Part shown: positions 25,259-38,000 of the stretch, in pieces
How positions within the stretch are numbered: the stretch's first letter is position 1
Layout of the letters: each line of letters starts with the position of its first letter
NCBI GenBank assembly: GCA_000934665.2
Contig: JYFJ02001986.1
Span: 1-64,000 of the forward strand
Origin: Catajapyx aquilonaris
Taxonomy: Eukaryota
Direction of reading: 5' to 3'
Length of the DNA: 64,000 nucleotides
Translations under genes and position numbers: made by a program
The notes under the pieces: generated by a model
Databases searched by the model: none
Told to the model about the DNA's origin: nothing
Seen by the model: only the letters and a program-made list of their open reading frames with translations

Positions 25259-25354
25259 GTCTCGTGCCCCCGCAAGCAGTGCCAAATGCGGGCGCGAGTT
25301 GACTCAAGCACGATTCCACCCACGCATTTTGCGCTGCATGCGGGGGTACAAGAC
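25259..25354. repeat. 96-bp imperfect hairpin (probable small MITE)
   Basis: GTCTCGTGCCCCCGCAAGCAGTGCCAAATGCG pairs with CGCATTTTGCGCTGCATGCGGGGGTACAAGAC at about 27 of 32 positions. Confidence 0.7.
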
Positions 25355-26992
25355 TGTTTTTTTTTACAGTAGTGTACAGTAACACGGCGATATGGACAAG
25401 AAATTTAATGACTTAAAACTTGCTTGGGAAGAGTAATATTGGCTGGAGAAATGCAGCAAGCGACTCAGGCAGCAGTTTGAGGTCGAAACGACCTCTCAAT
25501 TACCAATAGCCGTATGCACAGGGTGAAACTAATTTCATTTGATTTTTATCGCATTAGCATGCTATAATTAACGAGGCCATGGGCGAAGGGAAACACAAAG
25601 CGGGTCCAAGTCACACGCAAATAACCAGTGTCCTTTGATCGATCTAACTCTCTCCCTCTCTCTACTAGCCCGATCCCTAATTACTTGTCACCACAGCCTT
25701 TTGGCAATATACCCAGGGCCATACAGATAATGATCTCATACGCCACTTTGAAATGTAGAAAACCGAAGCTGACTCAATATTTCAGGGAATTCGTATGACG
25801 ATGTGTAGAATATATTGCTGGGTAATAGCCTACATATCATTGCTTCATACAACCAGCAGGAGCAATCTAAACCAATGTGATAAACTTCTGGAGTTTTTTT
25901 GACATAGAGAGCTTACTTTGAAAATGTTTAAACCACACTTTTTTGCTCGTAATAAACATGTGCCAAAATGTGTGCACTCGCTCCCCCGTCCTTGATCGTT
26001 CAGGGCGTGGCCATAATTGGTTGCGGATGCATTGTGGCCAGGTCTAAACCCGAAAGTACTTTGAGCCTGATAACTACCCTCCAGGTCCGCGCACTTTGTA
26101 CATACACTCTCCCAGAAATTTGGTATCCAGCTGCATCACACAATGGGCTATATCATGCCCCGTGAAAGTCGGGGAAGGAATCGAATTGGTCCCAGAGAAA
26201 CCAACCTCCCCTACCGTACATTCTCATTTGGGAAAGGCTGCACGACTATACCAAGGAAGTTGTTTTTTTTAAGGAGTGGGGAGGGTAGATGTGGGGGGAG
26301 GGGGGGGTTCATTCTTTCTCTCTTCTTTCCCCCCTCGCAATATGATCCTCATTCAAATTCCCTGCTTGCTGGAAGAATCACCCGTAACTTTGAGACTGCG
26401 TACAGTGGAACACGTAGCGTACATTCTGCTTAAAGTGCATTAAGTTTCCACGAGCATTCCCCTTTCTTTGGGATTACTTTCGGGGAAGTGTGCGTATGCC
26501 TCTGAGAAGCCTTTTACAGCAATATTGTACAGTAAAGTAGAGTGAAGTAAGTCTAGCATAACACTGCAACATGCCAGCCTTCGGGCCATTTACAGTATTC
26601 TCGCGAATACGTACTAATCAATCTTGGTACTTTCACGGTAATCACATTTCCAAGGCCACTATGACATATTATTGTACTGTGGAGTTGATTGGACACTGAT
26701 ACTGTGACTTGTGAATGTGAATACTGTGTATCTGGTTAATGTGAATGGATAATAAAATATGGTTGATGGGTGCAGGGCCTGTCTAGGCTAGTCACCTGAA
26801 ACCTCTCGACAGTATTATTGTACGAGTGTACTTAACCTAGTTTATAATTGTGCAGCACGGGAGCAAGACGTCACAGGTGCTAACAATGTGAAACTGAAAT
26901 ATAGCGGTTTCAATTCGGAAACATTCATTAGGCTTCCTTGACCCATATTGAGCCCACTCAGTAGCGAAGGCATTTTCATATACTGTATAGTC

Positions 26993-27143
26993 CAAGGGGG
27001 TAATCACTTCGGTACTTCGGTGTACACCTGGGAGTGGTACTCCCTGGTACTCCTCAGGCACCTCACTCTTTATTACTCCGTGGTACTCCTTGAATTTGGT
27101 ACTCCAGTGTACACTTTTCAGTCGAGTGATGATTACCCCCTTG
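26993..27143. mobile_element. ~150-bp MITE with 8-bp TSD (hAT- or P-like), copy 2
   Basis: CAAGGGGGTAATCA ... TGATTACCCCCTTG perfect 14-bp TIR. TSD GTATAGTC at 26985-26992 and 27144-27151. Confidence 0.93.
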
Positions 27144-27765
27144 GTATAGTCCTTCTGGCCTGACACCTACTTGCAGTAGGGTGGAAAATGAAGGATAAGT
27201 CCTTCCACCTAAATTCACCCCCCACCTCCCCACCCCACCCTTGCTATGGTATGGCATGCGGAATGGCTCTTTAACAAAGTGACATGGCAAACATTAGGTG
27301 CTACATCTTGCAGCATTTATTACACTGCCGCCATATGCTCCATTACAAGTGCTATACTTTAAGCAAACGTTTCAGTATGCAAAGCATAGTAAAATATTAT
27401 TCAGTTTAGATGCCAGTAATTTTTAGGATATTATTACTTGCGGAACCAGGGAAAAATGACTGCTGTATAGAGTTAAATATATTTTCAGTTTAATAAGCAA
27501 CTATATAACTGGTAATTGGGCATTCAACCGAGATTTTCGGTTGTTTCAAACATAGCCTTTCCGGCAATAAAAAGTTGTTAACATTGAAATCCTGATGTGA
27601 GAACCAAATTTCCATTTTTGCGGGTTATGTCCACGCTTCAATGGAGAATACAGAGATGTAAGAGCAAAAAAAGGCTGTGTTGGTGCCAAAGGGAATTACA
27701 AAGGGCGAAGTTCGCACAATAAGCACCAAATTTTGTAGGGTACCATGCCGCTCTACAAAACCTGC

Positions 27766-27955
27766 GGTATCATACCAATGCGCCAGATGCACATTCGCCC
27801 GACGACAACTCGCCAGACGTACTGCAGTACATAGTCGCCCAATGACAACTCGCCCGATGCAAACTTATACACCGGTACAAACTCGAGCAGTCCTCGCATG
27901 TACAACTGTACCCGTATATCGGGCGAGTTTGTTTCGGGCGATGTGTGACGGAACC
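27766..27955. mobile_element. Mutator-like MITE with subterminal ~15-bp repeats
   Basis: GG...CC ends. Repeated (ACAAC)TCGCCC units on the left and inverted CGGGCGA units on the right. 9-bp flanks AAAACCTGC / TAAACCTGC (8/9 match). Confidence 0.65.
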
Positions 27956-29283
27956 TAAACCTGCTGATTTGCCCTGAAAAATAAGCTCATGAGACGATGG
28001 GCCGGAGAGTCACACCTCTGAACACGCCCTGTGCTTATGGTGGCTGATTATTCACTTTCAACACGCCCTATTCTTTATCTATCTTCATTTAATTAAATGC
28101 AACTCCCTTTCAGGTCTAATTTAATTGTAGCTTTTTCGATGTCGTCTGCAAATATTTCACCGGGTGGGCAGCACCCAGTGTTAGAGAGACCATTCCCGGA
28201 AATATACGATGCCTTTAAACCTCGACCTTGTAAGGAACGACCCCTGGCCATAAATCTTGTAATGGCTTCCTCTGCCGTTCTCTTGTGCAAAATCCCCGAC
28301 TGGGAAAAGCTGCAGAGCATAAGGACAAGCACGAGCGGAAGATTACCCGCATCACTCTTGGCCCTCTTTTGTTCCCCGTCAGTTCAGTCTAGGGGGAGAG
28401 AAAAAAAGAAAATTGGCCGTCTTGACAGGTGCAGGTAAGGGCTAAAAGATGACCTCAATATTGGTCTATTGCTTGTGTAACTCCCTATCCAAATATTAGC
28501 CCTTGTGTTAGTTTCGTTATCAGCCTGTGGACACCCATTTATGTCTCTCTCGGGGAGGTTCACAAACTGTCTCCAATTAGGATCATTTTAGCACCTACAC
28601 CTGTAGGTAAGAAACATAATTTATCTTAAAATAGCCATAAATAAAACCCCAACATAAGGCCAATGACAAAGTCTGTATCTGAAAAATGAGTGTCACAATG
28701 GCAGAAACCTGCTCAAATTTCCTCATTAGGCCAGATAAACATAATTAATGCTTGATATTGAAGAATGTGGGCCATAAAACAATATCATTCTATTATAGTT
28801 ATTATTTCAAATTACTTTGCACTATCGTCGCTTACAATCGCGATGCGCAGTGTGCTTTAACGACGACTTTATTATGCTTGCTAATTATTTCAAAGTTTGC
28901 ATAAACGGTGCCTCCCCCATGGCTCTATGGCTTTCCGCAGTTTAACATCCCCGGGACGAACAAAATGCATAATTTAGTGTATAAGGCAGTTATAAATATT
29001 TGCACAAAACTGCTGAATTTTGCACAACGAATTCATGCCCCATGCACCATGAATACTCATTCAGGTTCTCTCTGCATCATCATCGTCATAATATGAATGC
29101 GGAACAAAGATAAACAATTACTTAGCCGTGAACATGATTATTAAATCTTGTTTTAATCACAACAGTGAACAAGTAGAATGACTCATCATATGCAATATGT
29201 CCACATAGTCCAACAAGTCTATTGCCGAGCGCAGAAAGATATTTGTCACAAAGTTGTGGACAGCATTCATCTGGACGTCAATA

Positions 29284-29820
29284 CTGTAAGTACCCGTTTT
29301 ACGCCGTTTCACATTAACGCCGGTTTTAAAATTACATTGGAAATTTTTTATCGAAATTTATTGACCACTTTGAAGATAACAACACAACCTAAACATAAAC
29401 ACATCACGCTGTATAACACTTCTGAGACCAAACACACGACCGTAAATTCTCTTCTTTTGTTTTTCTTGGTGCCTTATTGTGGCAGGTTCTATCGATATAT
29501 GCAGTATTGTATATTGTTTGTCTCGGCACTCCCCGAAGTACTCTAACCGTTGTTACAATACCCTACGTGTACTGCAATTCTTGCCAAAATAAGGAAAGGA
29601 TCCCTCAGAACCCGATGACCATCAACCTGGAACCTCCCATTAATCAATATTTCAAATATTCGGCATTAAAAACAGCAATATTAGTACTGCCTATGGAAAA
29701 TGTGTGGAAATTTTGGATATATCATTTACTTACATTATCATTTTGTCTCGTTTTACGCCGATTCACTTTACGTCGCTTTGTTGCTTGAACCAATTAACGG
29801 AGTAAAACTGGTACTTCCTG
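29284..29820. mobile_element. pogo/Tigger-like MITE (537 bp)
   Basis: TA|CTGTAAGTACCCGTTTTACGCCG ... CGGAGTAAAACTGGTACTTCCTG|TA imperfect 23-bp TIRs. Subterminal TTTTACGCCG-TTCAC-TT-ACG is repeated near both ends. Confidence 0.75.
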
Positions 29821-30930
29821 TACTTGTATCTCTATTGTTCTAATTACACTTGGTACGTATCCCTACTTGCCCGAGTTGAAATTGTCCAAAAACATTTTTA
29901 TAATGGTGCAATAATTGTTACTGTCGTGCAACCTAATCCGTGTCTCTGATGGGAGGAGCCTGTACTAAACCTAGCCTGCATTGCTGTCACAATGTCATTC
30001 AGTAGTAAATAGAGGTTGGAGGCATGCGACGCGACGTCTCACGTTCCCCTCATGCCCTCCCTCGCCCACCTCCACACCGACTTCATAAACATCTGCATGA
30101 GTAAGACTCGCCCAAGGCCCAACTCCAATTACGCAGCACACGGCCTGATTACTTGGACCGGCAACAATTCACGGGGTTCTCTAATATTAGAAGAGGTTTT
30201 CTTGCGTGTCATAGGCCTATCGGTATCCAATTTTGACGACAGTGTGATATACAAGTTCGTTTTCATCTCTTTAGTGACAATCCAATCACAATACGGGGTC
30301 GAGTACCGGTTACCAATTGGACACGAATTATGTTGGGTGGAGTCGGCAGCTGTCCAGCATGTCCAGAAAATATACCCCGATATTGTACATAGAGTATAAT
30401 TATGTCACCAGAACTGTCAACTCGTCATTGCTTATGTATGCAAATATCCACTTGCCTTCCTACTTCCTCTCATCCCACATCCTTTTCTCCTACATCTGCA
30501 GCACGTGAAAAAATATAAGGGCCGGCAGGCATATGTGGCAGAAATCCATGATTAACAAAAAGGCTGGTGGGTGTGCGGGGAATGTGTATGGTATACAAAT
30601 GGGTTGGCCACAGACGCATTGATCAGTTGAGGTTGCGCCGGGGGAGAGCTGGTCTGGTTGGTGTCTTACTTTTCTGGCCGTACCACAGAAGAAGCAATTT
30701 CAACCTTCTAAACCAACCGACCTCTTTGCGAGCGCCTCCTGACACCCACCCAAAACGTCGCTCCCTCCCATCCCTGCTGGGGCGGGGGGGGGGGACAATG
30801 TNGGGGACAATGTGCGCAGGCTCCGTCCGGTACCCTGAACCCCCAGCAACGGAGCAAAAGGTAGTCAGCAGATTGAGCCTGGCTCACTAGGACGCGGTCC
30901 TTGTACCGGACACACCGCACCCACTTTTGC

Positions 30931-31346
30931 ATGGACGTGTGCAAAATGCTGGGCGGTACCGGTACCGTAGGTCACAGGTTGCTGTCCCGGTTGGACAGTT
31001 GGAGCAAACGGTGCGGGCGTGAGGCGGATGAGCGACCGCTTCGGGGCGGCTCTCGGCTCAGGAGGCGAAACAAGAATGGGGCTGGCAAAGTGGCGGACCC
31101 GGGGCCGCCCCAGGGCAACAGCGAGCGGGTGATGTGCGGGTGCTTGGCGGCCGTGAGCGCCTTGTGCTACTTCAACTCTTTGCGAGGGGACTTTGTGCAC
31201 GACGACCTGAGCGCCATCAAGACCAACGCAGATGTGATTGGCACGCAGCCGGTGGCCCGACTCTTCCTCAACGACTTCTGGGGTCGACCCATGGCAGATC
31301 CGGCTTCTCACAAGTCATACCGACCACTCACCATTCTCACCTTCAG
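30931..31346 (+). CDS. TMTC1: TMTC1-like protein O-mannosyltransferase, coding exon 1
   Basis: Translation contains CYFNSLRGDFVHDDLSAIKTNADV...LFLNDFWGRPMADPASHKSYRPLTILTFR, the N-terminal signature of TMTC proteins (DD motif, NDFWG, SHKSYRPL). FVHDD matches my recollection of TMTC1 rather than TMTC2-4. ATG 30931 is the first in-frame ATG after a stop at 30874; ATG 30946 and 31132 are alternatives. The exon ends at donor AG|GTAAGG (phase 2). Confidence 0.93.
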
Positions 31347-34300
31347 GTAAGGGTAGCAATTGAAAGAGTGAATGACAATGGTCATCAGTGGTAGCAACCG
31401 ACAGTGGCTGTGTCGACAGTCGAAATGAGCGCTGTTTGTGCTCGGGGGGTGTCGGTGGCTGCCATCTGTCAACGGAGTCATTTACGCAACCACGCATCCG
31501 TGTCAATTCATTATAAGTTTATAACGTGGCATCAGGTTCTCACCTGCCTCACAACGTTGCTACAGTATTTTAAGCGGCAAAATCCTGCCTCGCTGAAACT
31601 CGTCGGCGTCCACATTTTACTAGTCATATATATTCAGCATGCAGTAATAATAAATTGATATATACAGACATATTTCTGTAATTAGTATGCACTTCATGCT
31701 ATATTTTGATTAGAGGGTAAAATGTAAACTTGCAAATGTGCAAACCGTTATTTTGCATCAAATGTATTGAACATTGCCACGCCTATAACGGTTAAGCAGC
31801 TATATTAATCAATCCAGTGGGTTGCTCTTGAAAACTATTGCAATTATAAAAAATTAAACCTAGTATAATTTATTTACATGTTTTAAAAGCGACCGAGGAA
31901 GGTTTTTTTTTGTCATTTTAGTTGAATTCACAGTGAGGTTCTTCAGAAGCGGGGTGTTTCACGCGTGTTCTTTCCGGAATAAGCCAGAAAGAGTATTCCA
32001 CATTAAAGAAAGCGAAATAGACTAGTCATTAGCCTATAACTCGTGCATAGTAATCGGCTTATTCCACGCCAGATACTTCAAAGATTTTCGCGCCAGAGGA
32101 AACGGAGCGAATGGGTGGACTAGAGAATAGAATAGCGTACACTGAAACGGATGTAATTATTGCGGGTCAGAGGCCAGAGTCACGGACCTTAATATTTGCA
32201 ACGTGGGACTTGGACCATCTATTTATCCTACGCAGGTAGATAATCCTTGAGGCTCTCTTGATCGCGACGCCGCATAACTACCAGGGGCAAAAAAAAAAAA
32301 TCAGGCCTGTCATGCAGGCTGAGTAACTGACGGCATGAAAGGAAACTAATTCTGGCTTAACAGCACCATTAGACGTGGGCAGACATATAAAAAAAATAGT
32401 GGCATATTTTGGCATGGCCAGGCACTTATCTTCATTTGGGCGCTCTCCCACATTGGAATTGCAAAATGAAAAGGCTGGCAGTGTCAATCAGTGGCTTCAC
32501 GCAGCCCATATGCTTCCCATATGCGTTCTGCTTTCGATGCATAAAACGCTGCAGTGGACGTTTCATAAATGAATAAAGCCCTCTTTTTAGATACGTCATG
32601 TATAGTTCGTCAAATCACTATTCACTGCTACTTTTTGCGGGTATGAATTTTGAATCCTCTCCCGGGCATGGGGGGTTTGGTGGGAGTTACAGCTGAGTTG
32701 ATTTAGAGTATAAGCTACTTATACAGAGCATGGTAGGGTGTTAATGTACAATGCAGTTCATAGTGTGACAAGACGTCATGAGATTATTTTATGTATTTCA
32801 CCTACGGACTTTAAGCGCGGTTTGTTCATCAGCGCGTTACGTCGAAGGGGAGTACTTCTGGTTGCTGATGTAAATAACTTTGGGATATTCATTGTTGTAA
32901 CAGGCGATATTGCAAAATATAATTTTGCCGTTCCCTTCATTTCCCAAGATTCTAATTGGTTCAATTTTGACAGCTTTGATTTCATTATTGCGCAAGTTAT
33001 ACACTAAAAGGGCACTACTTTCCTGCCTAATTAACTGGCGAGCACAAAGTCGAAAAAGTAGGTTAATGAAGTTTGTGTGAAAATATTTTTTCCCCCAGTT
33101 AATATGAGAAACGGTCGAACTCTATTATACGAATAAAATTTTCAAGCACTTTGGAGCCGCTTGCACAGTAGTGTTGCGTACAATTTAGAGTCGGGGATTA
33201 GAAGGGCAAATATGAGTGCGAAGTGTAGAATCCCGGTTGTATAGGAGGCAATTAACCGGAGCAATCATTTTGGAAGCAGTGGCACTTTATTTGAGCTGCG
33301 ATAATAACGTACACTACAATAGGCCCTTATTATCCTTCATTACTCTCATTACTCTACAAGGCTACCCCCACCCCCTGACTCCCACCACACCTCCCAAGTC
33401 ATTCATCTAGACTCGAGAGAAATCGCCCCGGAGTTTCATTGCAGGCTTTCGTTTCGTTTCGTTTTGACTTTTGGAGCCATAAACCTGGCTTGCATTTCCC
33501 AAGACCTGAAGTAAACCATGAGATTTTTTTTCTTCTCTTCCTTCTCCTGGCCGTGTCTCTTCTATATATGCTCTCACCGGAGAGTAGCACCAGGTGTCCC
33601 TTTGCCTTTTATTACTTTCCAATAAAACTCTCCTCTTCCGCAAAAGGGGGACACGATCACGCTTCCATTTCCTTACTTTACAGCTCGTCTCCGGAAAATT
33701 ACAAAAGGGGTATGTCGCATAATGCACTGCAATCCGAGAGCCTCGGTGCACTCAAGTAGGTTACCTAGGCCTTATTTTTAAATTGAGCCTCTTTAGGTGA
33801 CTTGGAATGTTCATTCATGTGCATGACCCTCCCGAGTCAAAATAGTCATACAACTACCATATTTTTATAAAGAATCTCAAAATATTCTTATAAGTTATTC
33901 ATAAGTTATCAGCGACATGTGCTGGGTCTTTCATGAACAGGAACACCCTGTTTTCTATTTCGGTTTTTATGAACAGCTTTTTATAACTGCAAAGTAGGAC
34001 AGAGAAAACCTAATTAGCATCCTTAATAACTACTCGATATTAATTTTAATGTACGGTACCGTACACCACGCACAATGGCGTCGAAGGTGGTGCAAAGGAT
34101 AATTCAATATTTTCAGCATATAACAATGGAATCAGTTGGTAGGTTACCGTGCAGAGGAGAAAAAAAAACCAATCCTATAAAAAGAAATGAGATCCTCCCT
34201 GCAGACGAGCCGGTTCAGCTTCTTCGTGAATACATACATGTCTAATAAATCAAGGTCTGCAAATTGGAGGCCCGGGGATAGTCGGGAAAATTGCTACACG

Positions 34301-34811
34301 AATCTCGCATCAAGCTCTGGAGTCATTATTCCGTCGTCCGTTCTGGAACTCCTCCGCAGCAGTATTATGTGAAAAACTTTTCCGCGCACTATCACGCCAT
34401 ACCTTCATCTTCAATTTCTATTCTTATAATAATAATCTTATGCAGTTGGAATATATTTTGCCCAAAATTGGAATTATAATTTATGCTGCTTTTGTGAAAA
34501 AATAAAAAAATTTCAAAATCGTGTTTCATACCGTACAAATGGGTACGAAATGTTTCCCTCACCTGTATCATATCTAACAATAATGTACGAATGTAAGTAA
34601 TAGCAAATCAGAAGTGTTTCATACGTTTCTTATAATCTCATGCGATATACGATAACGGACAAAGAGATAACATTGGACTAGGTCAGGAGCTTCTACGAGT
34701 TCACGGGAATTCAGTAATGTCTCGAATCCAACAGGAGTATGCATCAGAAGATATTATAATAGCTTTGGGAGTAGAGACGTCGCAGGTTTTATTGTGAACT
34801 AGTTGGAACTC

Positions 34812-34870
34812 CCGACTTCCCGTCTTCATATTTCCGACTTCCGACTTCCGACTTCCCGTCTTCATATTTC
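34812..34870. repeat. Short tandem duplication with (TTCCGAC)n core
   Basis: CCGACTTCCCGTCTTCATATTTC occurs twice, separated by 7-bp TTCCGAC units. Confidence 0.85.
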
Positions 34871-34966
34871 TGTCCATGATAGTACAATACACACGATAAT
34901 CCTCCGCGTGAGGTAATCTGCCATTAAATTACGGATAAGATATTCCTGTGTAGGCTATGACTTTAT

Positions 34967-35089
34967 CCTCCTGAGACCCCTGGTACAGTATAATGTACCT
35001 TTGTTTTTTCCAGCACCTTCTGACTAACTCAAACGCGTAAAAAAACCCAAAACAAAGGTACAGTATACTGTACTCCGGGTCTCAGGAGG
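34967..35089. mobile_element. 123-bp piggyBac-like MITE with TTAT target duplication
   Basis: TTAT|CCTCCTGAGACCC ... GGGTCTCAGGAGG|TTAT perfect 13-bp TIR, plus inner inverted repeat GTACAGTATAATGTACCTTTGTTTT / AAAACAAAGGTACAGTATACTGTAC. Confidence 0.8.
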
Positions 35090-38000
35090 TTATACGAATT
35101 TAAAAAATCGTCATAATTCTTCAATTCGAATTCTGGAAGCAATTCTAAACATGACCTGTAACAATTCGGATTGTACAAGTACCAGTATAAGTGGGTAGAC
35201 TTCACCTCAACTTACAAGCAGGCCCAATAAAGGGCATGCGATCCTTTCTCGATAATTTCTGGAGAGGGCTCGGAGAGGGAGGTATGGGTAGTGGGGGAGC
35301 AGCGGAGTCGAGGCGACACTACGTTACATCCATCTGCATTAATTCAATATTATGCAGAGTCCGGGAGAAAATGTCCCCCGGCTGGGACTTTCCTTCCAGT
35401 ATTTCACGGGAACTTGGCCCAACTTCACCCGCATTAAAATGACAGAAAAGGGAAGTTGGCACAGTTACATAGGCAGAGCCCCCCCCCTCCCTCACCCCAC
35501 CTCTTTCCGTCTATATTTTTTCTAGTTCTCCGACTAAACTTGTATTCCAATATGACTCGTCATTCAGACTCGTCAAGAGAGCTTTTAAAAAAATATGTGT
35601 TATCAAGTTAGTCTATATTCGGAAGTTGCGTGAATGCAATAAAAAACACATTTGCTTGTGAATTTAGAGATTACACAAAAATGAGGCAACATGGGCGGGG
35701 CGAACCATTTGGAAGGGGAAATAGAGAGGGAATGTAGCCCATAATTTAGAGGCATTTTACTTCCCCGCCCAGGACCTTAACATTCCCGCAAAATAGGTAT
35801 GATTTTAAATTTTTTGCGTAGTTGGGACCAGAGGATTCGACACAAAAATGTGAAATTTAACAATTATCTCATTTGGAAAATTCTTTTGCAGCAGCACTGG
35901 ATCAACACTATAACAATTATGAGCGGGGTAGCCTCATTCCCATGCTAATATTTTAGTAATTTGAAGAAAAAAATGTTCATCGACTTACGTATACTGTAGT
36001 GCGGCGTCCATATGCAGTACAACGAGCCCAAGATTAGGCATAACTGGCACGTCCATTGCTCAATTTAGGCCTCTGTACTCTATAGCAACAGATGAAGCCA
36101 ATCACAATGTAGCAAATAACCAATAAATAACTGAACAGCACACACCACCAAGTCCTTCACAGTTGCAGAACTGGCCTGGTGCCTACAGCCACGCACGGTT
36201 GTTATCAGAGATGCTCCAAACGTGTTTGAATTGCTTATCTGCTTGCAGAGAGGGAGAAAAATGCCGACACTGTACAATACATACAAGGGCTACACTATAA
36301 CTCAAATGGGGTAAACTCCGCATTATGGTTTTCACCACAGCACGGATGAGAGCAGTTGGCATGTACTGTACCAAACATGCATTGCCTAATTACACATGCT
36401 CTCATCTATGTTTTAATGTGCGAGAGTATATCGCGGCATAACTAATTTTCAAACGACTGTAATGAAAGTAGTTACTCAGTTGCATGGCGAAATATGACAC
36501 TGTCAGAATGGCTGTTTATGCAAATACAGCATAGTTTTTGTCGATATTGTTCATTTTTTTATACCATGAAGTCGAATTTCTCTTAGGTGGGTTGGTAGTG
36601 AGTCGTACACGTCGAATGGAAAGGAAATTTGTGGCAGCCGGTGTTCGATTCAAAACTCTTGAGCCAGGCCGGCAGCCTAATGTACAATTCATGCCAGACG
36701 TTTCCCGACATCATTCACCCTCATTTTGAATGACTGTTTCCAGAGTTCACTCTTCGCCTCATGTTTATCCAGATATACCCATAATGAAAATTCATGGCGC
36801 CTGCAGCCCGAATCAGTATTCCAGAGACATGCACCGTATCTACTCTTTTGTCCGGAGTCTACAATTTGCTTTTCCTCCTATTGACTGCCAGGAAGCGGCT
36901 TTTGCCAAGTAGGCCTATGTTAAATATGTTGGCAGATCGATGTGCTTCACATGAAAGCAGCCTCTGCCTCCACGTTTAAATCCTTCCGATAAAACCTTTC
37001 CGCTCGGGATTTTTTCCACGGCTTCCGGGGATATCTTGCGCAGATTTGACATCTATGCTCGGTTTCACATCCAAAGGATACTTACCATCAAATATTGAAG
37101 CCCGAATAACTATAGCAGAGGTACGTTTTGCATTTGCCCACTTTAGTCGCGGGTACTACTGTTCATTTTTATGATGATTGAGTCACAAAATTGATCTGTA
37201 AACATTTTTGACACCAATTTTCCCTAGGTGGTATATTTCACATTTTTGTCATATTGACTTCAGAGGCGTGATTCCCTCCGGCCATGTGCTACAAGGCCTG
37301 CGATGCGTATGTGCAATAAATGATGTGGGTCCCATCCAGTAATCGGATCTGTTCCTCATATATCTCCCTCATTTAATTATTAAGCTCAGATGGCTCGTTG
37401 CAAAATTCACACCGATCCCACACGGACTTGAAAAATTATAGAGCAACACTCCTCCGAGAGGCAGAAGCACCAGACTGTATCTTTTCGCGAGCGTTCGTGC
37501 TTCTGTAATGGGAATCAAAGCCCGCAATGGTAATTATCGAGGAAATTGCGTTGATTACTGCCGAAGATGGTACTCGGGTAATTACATAGGAAAGGCCCGA
37601 TGATCATACTGTATGCCTACATGCACTACCTTTCAATTAATGAAGAGTCAATATTCGTCACACTGGGGGATTCAAGGCCGTTGAACTGTATATTCTAAAC
37701 ACAGGTAATCTGTTGGAATGAAATCAGCGGCCGCACTCGCAGAATCTGAAAACGTACGTCACTTGCTACACCAACATGTAGTGAAATAATTAATCCACCA
37801 CACTGGCAGCCGCAGGTGCAAATTATATTTATTGCGTTAAATTATATCTCTCCAATTTTGGTTTCTGGTGTCTAATGGATGCATTGTTGCATGTACCCCC
37901 CTAAACATGTCCACGGGATACTTAATTAAATAAATATGGCCTCCTTTTAATTAAACCTAGCGTTGCAAAAAATCAAATGTTTTGGAGAGTGGATAATAAT

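Noticed and set aside
30514..30630. TATAAG plus TCAGTT as a core promoter for TMTC1
   Set aside because: Spacing of ~110 bp does not fit TATA-Inr geometry; unsupported without transcript data.
30791..30813. Direct repeat GGGGACAATGT on both sides of an N
   Set aside because: Probably an unmerged assembly overlap. The other Ns (6986, 21016, 45748) also sit in or beside G/C homopolymers, so run lengths there are unreliable.
30865..31311. 148-aa antisense ORF over TMTC1 exon 1
   Set aside because: Expected shadow ORF of a GC-rich coding exon.
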